A stretch of 64,000 nt of DNA, from contig NC_082710.1 of the NCBI RefSeq assembly GCF_030144855.1, positions 171,864,001 to 171,928,000 of the forward strand, written 5' to 3'. A model generated the notes under the pieces. It was given only the letters and a program-made list of their open reading frames with translations. It ran no database searches and had not been told where the DNA came from. The translations under genes and the position numbers were made by a program. Positions 1-10,449 of the stretch are shown here, piece after piece (position 1 is the first letter of the stretch; every line of letters begins with the position of its first letter). The DNA comes from Hypanus sabinus. Lineage: Eukaryota.

Positions 1-942
1 TCTTGTTCCTGCTTCCAAATTGGATAACTTCACATTTATTCACATTGAATGACATCTGCCAAGTATTTGCCCACTCACCCAGCCTATCCAAGTCTCCCTG
101 TATTCTCCTAACGTCCTCTTCGCATGTTACACTGCCACCCAGTTTAGTATCGTCAGCAAACTTGTTGATATAGTTTTCAATGCCCTCATCTAAATCGTTG
201 ACATAAATCGTAAAGAGCTGTGGTCCCAATACAGAGCCCTGTGGTACCCCACTAGTCACCTCCAGCCAGTCCGAGAAACACCCATTCACTGCTACCCTTT
301 GCTTTATATCTGCCAACCAGTTTTCTATCCATGTTGAAACCCTGCCCCCAATGCCATGAGCTCTGATTTTACTCACCAATCTCCTATGTGGCACCTTATC
401 GAAAGCCTTCTGAAAATCTAGGTACACACATCCACTGGCTTACCCTCGTCTAACATCCTTGTTACACCCTCAAAAAACTCCAACAGATTAGTCAAGCATG
501 ATTTGCCCTTGGTAAATCCATGCTGGCTCGGCCTAATCCTATTTCTGCCATCTAGATGTGCCACTATTTCGTCCTTTATAATGGACTCAAGCATCTTCCC
601 CACGACTGACGTTAGGCTAACAGGGCGATAGTTCTCCGTTTTCTCCTTCCTTCCCTTCTTGAAAAGTAGGTTAACATTAGCCACTCTCCATTCTTCAGGA
701 ACTGATCCTGAATCTAAGGAACATTGGAAAATGATTACCAATGCATCCGCAATTTCCTGAGCCACCTCTTTTAGAACCCTCGGATGCAGACCATCTGGAC
801 CCGGGGATTTATTAGCCTTCAGTCCTACCAGTCTACTCATCACAGTTTCTTTCCTAATGTCAATCTGTCTCAATTCCTCTGATATCTTATGACCCTGGCC
901 CATCCATACATCTGCGAGATTGCTTGTGTCCTCCCTGGTGAA
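1..942 (-). mobile_element. CR1 LINE ORF2 (RT) fragment
   Basis: ORF 418..903 has KSPGPDG..P..LKE, NYRPVSLTS and QHGF.KGKSCLTNL. Near-identical to the CR1 at 26270-27200. Confidence 0.95.
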
Positions 943-1534
943 GGACCTCGCTCAATGCATGCTCAATAGTTCAGGAGGACCTGGTCCTCCTGGCTCAATG
1001 TTCCTGTACTGTGTTTTGGTGTCCATGTTTCTGGCTGCGGTGAAGCAAGATCCTAGTCTCCTAGTCCAGGGTCTGCGACGATCCAGGTTCCACATTCCCG
1101 GCTGCAGCGATCCATGGATCCCAGTCTCCAAGTCCAAGGGACATGGCGTTCCCAGTCCCCAGGATCCCAGTCTCCAAGTCCAAGGGCCGTGGCGGTCCCA
1201 GTCCCCAGGGTCCCAGTCTCCAAGTCCAAGGGCCGTGGCGGTTCCAGTCCCCAGGGTCCCAGTCATGGCTGCGACGATCCAAGTTCCCACTGTCCAAGTC
1301 CAATCTCCGCGGCTGTCTATGTTCCCACTGTCCAAGTCATGCCGCGGCGATCCCAGTTCCCTGTTTCCAAGTTCCTAGTCCCCTAGTCCGAGGTTCGTGT
1401 TCCTCTTTGTCCTCCTTGGTTTCCCGATCTTCTGTGTAGCGAGTAATAAACGCTATTTTATTGTACCTAAGAAAGCCGTGTTTGTGTCCTGCGTGTGGGT
1501 CCTCTCCCAGCACCCTTGTCTCCACCTCGTGACA
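943..1534 (+). mobile_element. LTR-like element (5' end lost at the CR1 junction) with an internal 3x46-bp tandem repeat (1118-1255)
   Basis: AATAAA, then tgtgtcctgcgtgtgggtcc, ending GTGACA at 1534. This 3' end is shared with the element at 20765-21323. Confidence 0.55.
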
Positions 1535-3285
1535 CTTTTATATCAGCCAGTTTGTATAAAATTACACAGATGCTGGAAATGAAATAATAAAGAAAGAGGC
1601 ATGCTGACCACATTCAGTAAGGCAGGCAGCGTCAGTGAGAACACAGGATTATATTTCATTATATTGCATTTCATAGCAAAAGATATGCTTTGATTGTATT
1701 TAAAGCTGAATTGGAGATGTTGAAAACATCTGGTCTTCTGGCTTAAATTGTCCTGATATGAAATCAAATGTCGTCATTGCTCAATTTTCATGAATAATAT
1801 ATAGGCATTCTGTAGGCGTGGTGGCGAATAACAAAATTGCAGAAGAAAAATGCAACTTAATCGTGAAAAATAGCATGTTACTGATATTTGTAATAGGATA
1901 TGAGACTACACCTTAACGCTGCATCTGAAATTCTTTAATACATTATGTGACAGATTATTTTTCATACATTGTCACTATGTTCATTCATCAGCCATACCTG
2001 TCTATCATTATTCTTTATGTTGAGGTCCGATTCCAGCTCACAGAATCTAATAAAACATTCAGTGCAGGGTAACGTAATTTCACTCGTTATAAAAATGTTG
2101 GGAGGAAAGGTGATTTTGAGATGAGTATTGCAATCTAGTCTGAATACTGAGAGGTTACTCCTGTGCAAGTGTCCACTAACTGCTTCATAAATAGAATGGT
2201 GGTATTTGATTCTATTATCCTTTCTGTCAGCGAATTCTCCATCAGCACACCCCCGAGTATTTGGCTTAATAATATCAGCAACCTCATTGTAGTTTCTGTG
2301 CCCATGACCCTGTTCAATTCTGGCAACTACTTATCCAATTGCTTAGTAAATATAGTCTTCCAGTCTATCTCTTTCAGCCATCTCATAATTGCATATATAT
2401 CAGTTCAATTTCTCAGCTGTACCTAAAATGAAAACATGCACTGGCCAGCTAGAACTTTTTCCTCAAAATTATCACATGACACCGTTGACAGCATATCTTG
2501 TAGGCAGCAAATAAGGAATGTAATAAAGGGGCAACGTGTCGAGCCAAGAGACCCTTGATTCGAATGGAAGGAAGTGGGATGGATCAGAATAATAAGGTAT
2601 GTAAGGGGGAGGAGTACAAGCTAGAAGTTGATAGGTGAAGCCAGGTGAGAGGGATGGGTAAGTGGGTGGGGGAGTGGGGACCTGAAGTGAGAAGTGTAAG
2701 GTGAAAGGTAGAAGCGGTGAAGTCCAGTGCACACGTAATATCTCAGAGGAGGTTGGTGGACCATCGAAGAATGGGAATAGGGAGGTGCACCAGAGGGGTG
2801 ACGGAGTATTTTAGGGCAGTTGAGTGGGCTGTGGAAGGATAGGAATGAAGAGGGGCACAAGAAGGAGATGCTAGGCAGGCGAGGAATTGTAATTGTAATA
2901 AATTTTGTTCCATGCTACTTCCATTTGTTGCTGAATAAATCTATGTATTTTATTTTCTCAGCTAATAATATTGAAACTTCCCTGTGTGTTTGAATAAACA
3001 CATCTAACAATTGGAAACCAAGAAGAACAAATGCTTTGCTGAAGCTGTATTAGCAAGACATCAATATGTAGCCGCATTTGCTTACAAAATCTCTTCACGA
3101 TGCCTGTTGACGATAGAGCAGTTCGTTAAATGGTGAAATAATTAAAATCAACACCGTGTTCAGGGTTTGGTAATTCCTGGTCTCATCAGATTGTAGTTAT
3201 ATTATCTAAGTTTCTGTAGCCTTGAAAGTGACTTTGATTGGAATAGTTATTATTACTTTCGTCTCAAGCTGTTTCCACATACTGC

Positions 3286-3900
3286 TGTTACACACGCCGT
3301 GGGTATCTTGTATCTCTCTTATGACCATGATGTAATTGAGTATCTGCTGAGCATGATGTAATGGTCTTGTGATGGTGGGGTGATGTAATTTCCTGCCAGT
3401 GTGAGGTCACATGATGTAATTTTCCCACTAGTGAGAGGACATGTGATGACCTGTTCCGGAGGTATAAGACGGGAAAGCCTTGCTGTGACGCAGGTTAGTT
3501 CGTAGTTTAATTCGTCAGTTACTCCGTTATGCTGCGTATTCGTCTCATGACGCAGTTTTCTTTTAAAGTGGAGTTTTACTTTATACTATAAGTTGTACCG
3601 GCAGTTTTTAAAATCACTGCCAGTTATATTTGATATATCTTCGATTTAATTTTAAAGTCTAAGTATTGGAGATACGTGACCGTGTAAATCATTTGGACTT
3701 TCGCATTTAACACTTTTAAGAACTGTGTTCGCATTTTTCGCTTTAAGAACTATTCGAGTTGCCATATAGCAGTTAATTTCTAGTTAAGTTAGTTGTTTGT
3801 TTACGTTTCATTTTTATTGAACAGTGTTTAATAAATGTTTATTTGTTTAAAAATCCTGTCTCAATTATATATTCTTTTTTGCTGGAGAAGTATCGTAACA
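3286..3900 (+). mobile_element. Solo LTR, 615 bp, 4-bp TSD CTGC
   Basis: TGTTAC...GTAACA termini, CTGC on both flanks, TATA-like motif at 3463, AATAAA at 3830. Confidence 0.9.
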
Positions 3901-5104
3901 CTGCTGAAAAGCTTAAACTGGTAAATAAATGCTTTACATGCTGGAAACACCAGACAGAATCAATGATCTAAGAAAATGTCAATCTTTGGTCTCCAGAAGG
4001 CTTCGGAGCATCACCCACTTAAGCAGATTCTGGTATTTTTTTAATATACAGTTTAACTCACAATTTGCTGTTGTTATCGACATTTGCAACACCTGCATTT
4101 ATTTTAGTTTTGTTCTGGAAATGTGAACTCGCCCTCTACTGATGCTGACTGACCTGCTGGGTCTTTGGAGCATTTATGGCTTTCTTCTTCTGAGGCACAT
4201 CACTCCAACTGAAGCATAGGCTCTGACAGCAGCTCACCAGAGTCCTCTGTTCTGACAATTCTTTCAAAGTGTCCTCAGGTTTAGCCCACCATCATAGATC
4301 CTTCTTCTGCTCGGATGAGGTCTTTGAAGTTTCTGTTGAAATAGAACTGAGTTTTGGCCACATTCCCGACACTTCCCCTTTCGCTGCTGGGCTTGGACAG
4401 TCCATGAAGGAGTTACGCTGTTTTCTTTAAATTACATAGCATATTGTGGGCTATTACTGTGATCTCTGAAATATTAGAACTGTAGATTATGGGGCTTAGC
4501 TTAAAGGTGAACACATTAAATATTTCCATTACATACACCGGGCTTTTATGTTGCTAGCAATGGTATTAAGTGAAAGATTGTTCATTCTTGATTGAAGTAA
4601 AGGTTTATAAGAAATATAACTTCTATACAAAACTGGCGCCCACCAAATGCTGGAGGAACTTATCAGGTCAAGCAGCATCAATGGCGAAGAATAGAATGCC
4701 GTCGTTATGTCCGATATTCTTCATCGGGAAGTCTTGTTTATTCCTCTCCATAGATGATGCCTGCACTGCTGACTTCCTCCAGCATTTTCTATGTGTTACT
4801 CCGCATTTCCAGCAGCTGCAGAATCTCTTATCTTCTAGTGAAACAAACTCCGATTGACAATTATCCACACTTATTACTTGAAACAGATAAAGGACCATCA
4901 GTCATTTAAAGTGCGCATTAGTCACACCATCAATGTTACGACATCAGAAGAGACATTATATTTCATAGTTCCTTCATAGCATTTTAGTTTTTGTGGGTGG
5001 CATACAAGATTTAGTTTATCTTCGACACTTCAGTAAATTCAGAACACGTTTTGCAGCGAGCCTGATGAAGGTGTTATATGAGATCCATACCGCTCAGCAC
5101 ATGG

Positions 5105-5730
5105 AAGCATAGAATCATAGAAAACCTACAGCAGAATACAGGCCCTTCGGTCCACAATGCTATGCCAAACATGTACTTTCTTTAGAAATTACCTTCAGTT
5201 ACTCATAGCCTTCTATTTTTTCGAGCTCCATGTAGCTAACCAGGAGCCTATCGTATCCGCCTCCACCGCAGCCCATTCCACACACTCACTACTCTCTGCA
5301 TAAAAAAACTTACCTCCGACATCTCCTCTGTACCTTAAATCTGTGCCCTTTCGTGCTAGCCATTTCAGACCTGGGAATAAAAACTCTGACTATCCACATG
5401 ATCAACGCCTCTCATCATTTTATACACCTCTATCAGGTCACCGCGCATCCTCCGTTGCTCCAAGGAGAAAAGGCCGAGTTCACTTAACTTATTCTCGTAA
5501 GGCTTGCCTGCCAATCCAGGCAACATCCTTATAAATCTCCTCTGCAATCTTTCTGTGTTTTCAACATTCTTCCTATAGTGATGCAACCAGAACTGAGTTC
5601 CATACTCCAAGTGGGGTCTGACCAGGGTCCTCTATAGCTGCAACATTACCACTCGGCACTTAAACTCAATCCCACGGTTGATGAAGGCCAATGCACCGTA
5701 TGCCTTCTTAACCACAGAATCTACCCACAT
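5105..5730 (-). mobile_element. CR1 3' end fragment
   Basis: ORF 5365..5610 (RLQRRFIRMLPGL...RRMRGDLIEVYK) and a CATAGAA tail. Confidence 0.9.
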
Positions 5731-5825
5731 ACACGAGGAAATCTGCAAATGCTGGAAATTCAAACTACACACACAAAATGCTGGTGGAACACAGCAGGCC
5801 AGACAGCATCTATAAGGAAAGCACT

Positions 5826-5859
5826 GTTGACGTTTCGGGCCGAGTCCCTTCGTCAGGAC
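5826..5859 (-). ncRNA. Minimal type I hammerhead ribozyme motif (Penelope tail); core intact, helix I and II mismatches
   Basis: GUC-CUGACGA-A-GGG-ACUCGG-CCC-GAAA-C-GUC^AAC. Confidence 0.6.
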
Positions 5860-6226
5860 TAACTGAAAGGAAAGATAGTGAGAGATTGGAAAGTAGTGGG
5901 GGGAAAGTACTCCAAGTGTGGTCTCAAGAGTGTCTTATATTGCTTCAACTTTCACAACCGACTCAACGTAGAGGTTACCCTTTAGGGTATCTTGCACAAG
6001 TCTGTTTACATTTCTGCATTTTGAATTCTTTCTCCATCTAAATAATAGTCTGCCCGTTTATTTCTTCCACCGAAGTGCATGACCATGCACTTTCCAACAT
6101 TATATTTCATTTGCCACTTAATTGCCCATTCCCCTAAATTATCTAAGTTTCTCTGCAGGTTAAACAACACACACAAAATGCTGGTGGAACACAGCAGGCC
6201 AGGCAGCATTTATAGGGAGAAGCACT

Positions 6227-6260
6227 GTCGACGTTTCGCGCCGAGACCCTTCGTCAGGAC
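6227..6260 (-). ncRNA. Minimal type I hammerhead ribozyme motif (Penelope tail); core intact, one helix II mismatch
   Basis: GUC-CUGACGA-A-GGG-UCUCGG-CGC-GAAA-C-GUC^GAC. Confidence 0.6.
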
Positions 6261-7885
6261 TAACTGAAAGGAAAGATATTAAGAGATTTGAAAGTAGTGG
6301 AGGGATGGAAATGCGAAATGATAGGAGAAGACCGAAGGGGGTGGGATGAAGCTAAGAACTGGAAAGGGGATTGTCAAAAGTGATACAGAGCTGGAGAAGG
6401 GAAAGGATCACAGGACAGGAGGCCGAGGGAGAAAGAAAGGGGGAGGGGAGCACCAGAGGGAGATGGAGAACAGGCAGAGTGATGGGCAGAGAGAGAGAGA
6501 ACAAAACAAAGAACTAAATATGTCAGGGATGAGGTAAGAAGGGGAAGAGGTGCATTAACGGAAGTTAGAGAAGTCAATGTTCATGCCAACAGGTTTGAAC
6601 CTACCCAGCCGGTTTATAAGGTGTTGTTCCTCCAACCTGAGTGTGGCTTCATCTGGACAGTAGAGGAGGCCATGGATAGACATATCAGAAAGGAAATGGG
6701 ACGTGGAATTAAAATGTGTGGCCATTGGGAGATCCTGCTATCTCTGGCGGACAGAGAGTAGGTGTTCAGCGAAGGGGTCTCCCAGTCTGCTAACCTATCC
6801 GGCCGCTTCCTACACCAGGTCATTTATAAAAATCACGAAGTGTAGGGGTCCCAGAACAGATCTCTGATGCACATCACTGGTCACCGACATCAATGCATAA
6901 TATGACCCGTCTACAGGCACTCTTTTCCTTCTGTGGGCAAAACAATTCTAGATCCACAAAGAAAGGACCCCTTGGATCCTATGCCACCTTACTTTCTCAA
7001 TAAGCATTTCATGGATTACCTTAACAAATGCCTTGCTGACAGTCATATACACTACAGCTACTGCTCTATCTTCATCAAAGTGTTTCATACATTAAGATTG
7101 AAAAGTTTTTTTTATTAAATCTCACACTGTTAAAATCTCCGAAAGTGGGTTTGGAACTGTAAAGTAGGAGCGCAGCACTCCGACGCAACTTGTGCATCTA
7201 CAGGATACTTTTTAACTCTTAATATTGTTGTGCTAATACCATTTACGCGTTGTATGTGATCTATGCACTGTGTTTTTACCGTGGTCCCAGAGGAACGTTC
7301 CTTTGTTCAGAAGTATACATGTGCAAAATTGGTTAACAATAAATTTGAATTTGAACTTGAAAAACGACACCGTCGAAATATAAGCGAAACCTATAAAATT
7401 CTAGCTGGTTCATAACTCGAACATCATGAATCAGCACTCTAGACAACGCTACTCTACGATAGCCTTATAAAACCGCCAGATGACCAGGCAACCCCTAAAG
7501 AACAAATACCTGCACCACATCCTTTAATATAATCTTGTTTCCCGGATTGAGAATCATATTTGCGACTTGAATCACTTGGAGATGCATTTATTGTAACTCA
7601 TGACTATGATATGAGACTGGAGATAAAATGATAACAGCTTAAATGTAGTTTTACACAGCAAAGTAACTGAGAGCTGGAAAGTATGGAACCAGGGGTTGTG
7701 GATATCAGATATGCCGTTTAGAGTGGTAAATCCAATATATTTTACATATTATATTTTACTTAGAGATGCAATACGGCAATAGGCACTTAGGGCTCAATGA
7801 TTTCGCCCAACTACAGGAATCCTTCCACAACGTTCGTTTCCTACGCGTTTCCCAAATTTTCATATCGTTGCCGGTTCAACAAACT

Positions 7886-9050
7886 TATGGGCGGCATGGT
7901 AGTATAGCGGTTAGCAAAATGCTATTGCTGCACCTGCGACACGGATGTGATTCCACTGTTACATACCCCATGGGTATCTTGTGACTGTCTTATGACCATG
8001 ATGTAATTGAGTATTTTGTGTGCATGATGTAATTGTCTTGTGATGGTGGGGTGATGTAATTTTCCGGCCAGTGTGAGGTCAAATGATGTAATTTTCCGGC
8101 CAGTGTGAGGTCACATGATGTAATTTACCCACCGGTGTGAGGTCAAGTCATGGCATTTTCGAACAGGTATATAAGGGGAAACCACTGTTATCACGAGGTT
8201 AGTTAGGTAGTTAGTTTGCTAATTAGTTTTGCTGCGTATTCGTCTCATGACGTAGTTTCGTTTTAGAGTGGAGTTTTACTTTCTATTATTGTAAGGTGCA
8301 AAACCGTCGCTGCCAGTTTTAGTTTGTTGGACCTTTGTTTTACCCCTACCGTCTAGTATTGGAGAGTGAAGACCTTACCAAAGCACGGAAACCCAATGGA
8401 TTGAGTAAAGTTGGTGTCATTCGGCGGTTTCATAAAGGATCGACCTTATTGAATCTTCGTTCAGGAATAGTGGCTTGCATCTGAGTTATTCCCTGCAAGA
8501 TCAAAAAGATGTGTGTAGTGTTCACCCTCCAGCAAAAAACGTCAGTTCCTTTAAGCCGTTTGATTCCCTACGTCATGAATCCTTTGGACAAGTCATCTCT
8601 CGGCTAGGATCAGCAGTAATGTCAGGTCTTCGAAGAAATCAATTTTCAGGGAAGTCTCTTCTTACTGATAGTGCAAATCACTTGGACTTTAGAATTTACC
8701 ACTTTAAGACTGTGTTCGAATATACCACTTTAAGAACTATTCCAGAGCTTGGCTGTTTGTTAAATTGCTGGAGAGCAGTTAACTTACGGTTAAGTTTACT
8801 TTCCACTTTTGTTGAGCAGAGTTTAATAAATGTTTATGTTTGTTTATAAAATCTGACTCAATTTTTGCCCACCATGTAACACCCACAGTATTCAATAAAG
8901 AGTTTGTAGACATCCCCGTGGCGAAATGCGTTCCCTCCTGCTGCTCTGGTTTCTTCCCACATTCCTAATATGGTGTACCGCTTAATAGGTTAATTGGTGA
9001 AGTGGGTATAATTGGTTTCTGCCGGCTGGTTGGGCCTGTAGGATCTATTG
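7886..9050 (+). mobile_element. tRNA-derived SINE (V-SINE-like) split by a solo LTR
   Basis: tRNA-like head ggcggcatggtagtatagcggttagc at ~7890. The body resumes after 8881 (ctctggtttcttcccacattcc). Confidence 0.65.
7957..8881 (+). mobile_element. Solo LTR, 925 bp, same family as 3286-3900; internal 3x32-bp tandem repeat (8051-8146)
   Basis: TGTTAC...GTAACA termini, imperfect TSD (tccac/cccac), TATATAA at 8168, AATAAA at 8825. Confidence 0.88.
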
Positions 9051-9554
9051 CCATCAAAGCAAATACAACTCTACCTCTTTATCTGTCTTTCCTCCGTTGC
9101 GGCAATATGGCTAGTTACTCTGCTAGTTTCTCTGCTTGGAGAGTTAATTGGCGTACTCCAGCTGATGTCTCTTCGAAAAATTTACTTTGCAGAACGGAAG
9201 TATGGAAATGGTGTCAGATCTTTGATGCAAGGTAGCAATTAGTAGACTGTTGGCAGAGCAGTTGAAACCACTGTTAAATATCTGCTTTCTGTACACTGAA
9301 ATAAACAGTTCTAATAATTGTGGTCAAAAGGCAAGCATTTTAATGGAAATATTTCATGAGTGCTCAGGCGGGGGAAGGGGAATAGTGAAGAAAATTATTT
9401 CATAACGTAAATTAAGCCCTTGAGTAGAATAAAAGTGGTAACAGAAACATGGAGTAAATTTATGTTGATTTTTGGGAAATCAGGTGTCCAAGTATCAAAT
9501 AAACAGACAACGCTGACACCCAGTCTTCTGAAACAATGCTCAGAGAAGGCTGCC

Positions 9555-9797
9555 TCACATACGCTGCATATTCACAGCCGCATACACGACCTGCTCATTT
9601 TCTCTTCTGGGAGACTTCTTGGGCTTCGTTGTCGCCCAAGAATTAGCCGTCACCTCGGCGTACAGAATCCGATCTTCACCTGTTCCCGCCTGTGAACTCG
9701 GTCCAGTCTGGCCTGACTCGCATGCAGCGTAATCCGATCGTCGATTCCATGGCACTTTCCTGATATTCATTTCAGCATAGAGTACAGATTCTTCTTT
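9555..9797 (-). CDS. ncr3: Terminal cytoplasmic exon with ITIMs: KEESVLYAEMNIRK...ILYAEV...VVYAAVNMQRM*
   Basis: Acceptor tctgttccattccag|, phase 0. Extends ORF 9555..9770 upstream. ILYAEV and VVYAAV match (I/V/L/S)xYxx(L/V). TGA at 9557-9555. Confidence 0.85.
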   Translation of the reverse strand, partial: KEESVLYAEMNIRKVPWNRRSDYAACESGQTGPSSQAGTGEDRILYAEVTANSWATTKPKKSPRRENEQVVYAAVNMQRM

Positions 9798-10449
9798 CTG
9801 GAATGGAACAGACTATTTATTGCAAGATATTAAATACATAAAAAGTTTGAAGAGGTTCAATACCAAATGCCTCTTATCGTATGTGTTTTGAAAAAGGCAC
9901 GTGCTGTAAAGTGCGGCATCAATTTTAGGTGTAACTCTCTTTATCTTCTGCTTTATTGCTCACCATCCCAGCATTAATAACCGAGCCACTGCAAAACTAA
10001 CCACGGGGAGATAGCACTTTCCTTGTTTCAAATGCCTTACGTTTCGCTGTCCACTGCTTTCAACAGAACGCCCTCGGTTGAGGAAATGTTTGCCATATTA
10101 TAAATAAAGAACCTACTATGTCCTATTAGCTTGCAGATTAAATGGCCACTTAATTTACAATGTTTACCCTGGACTTATGACCTGAATGAATCTGTTCCGC
10201 TGCCGACATTGCCAATCAGAATTCCCCACTAATGTCACATTGGCCAAAAACAACGTTTTGGGTTTTCCACCACATCCCTGAAAGTAGGAAATGTTAATAA
10301 TGTTTTCCGCCTTGCTGCCCCTTTCCCAATTGTTAAGACACTCCATTCAACCCAACCTTTTTCCTTCGACGTCTACTCAAATGTTATGTCTATGACCGCA
10401 GACAGTTCAGGGTTCCCCTCTGTCCCTTCCCCACTGCAGCAAATATTTC

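Larger units (their letters stand above)
5731..6790 (-). mobile_element. Composite: 5'-truncated Penelope-like body + tail (6163-6790), CR1 cargo (5907-6162), second Penelope tail (5731-5906)
   Basis: Degenerate GIY-YIG-end sequence, purine-rich tail and two hammerhead motifs. The cargo and its junction match 48398-48660 in reverse orientation. Confidence 0.8.

Noticed and set aside
920-1439. Multiple overlapping 80-150 aa ORFs on both strands
   Set aside because: By-product of a stop-poor tandem repeat; the translations are low-complexity.
8051-8146. CRISPR-like regularly spaced repeats
   Set aside because: Head-to-tail tandem units without unique spacers, inside a vertebrate LTR.
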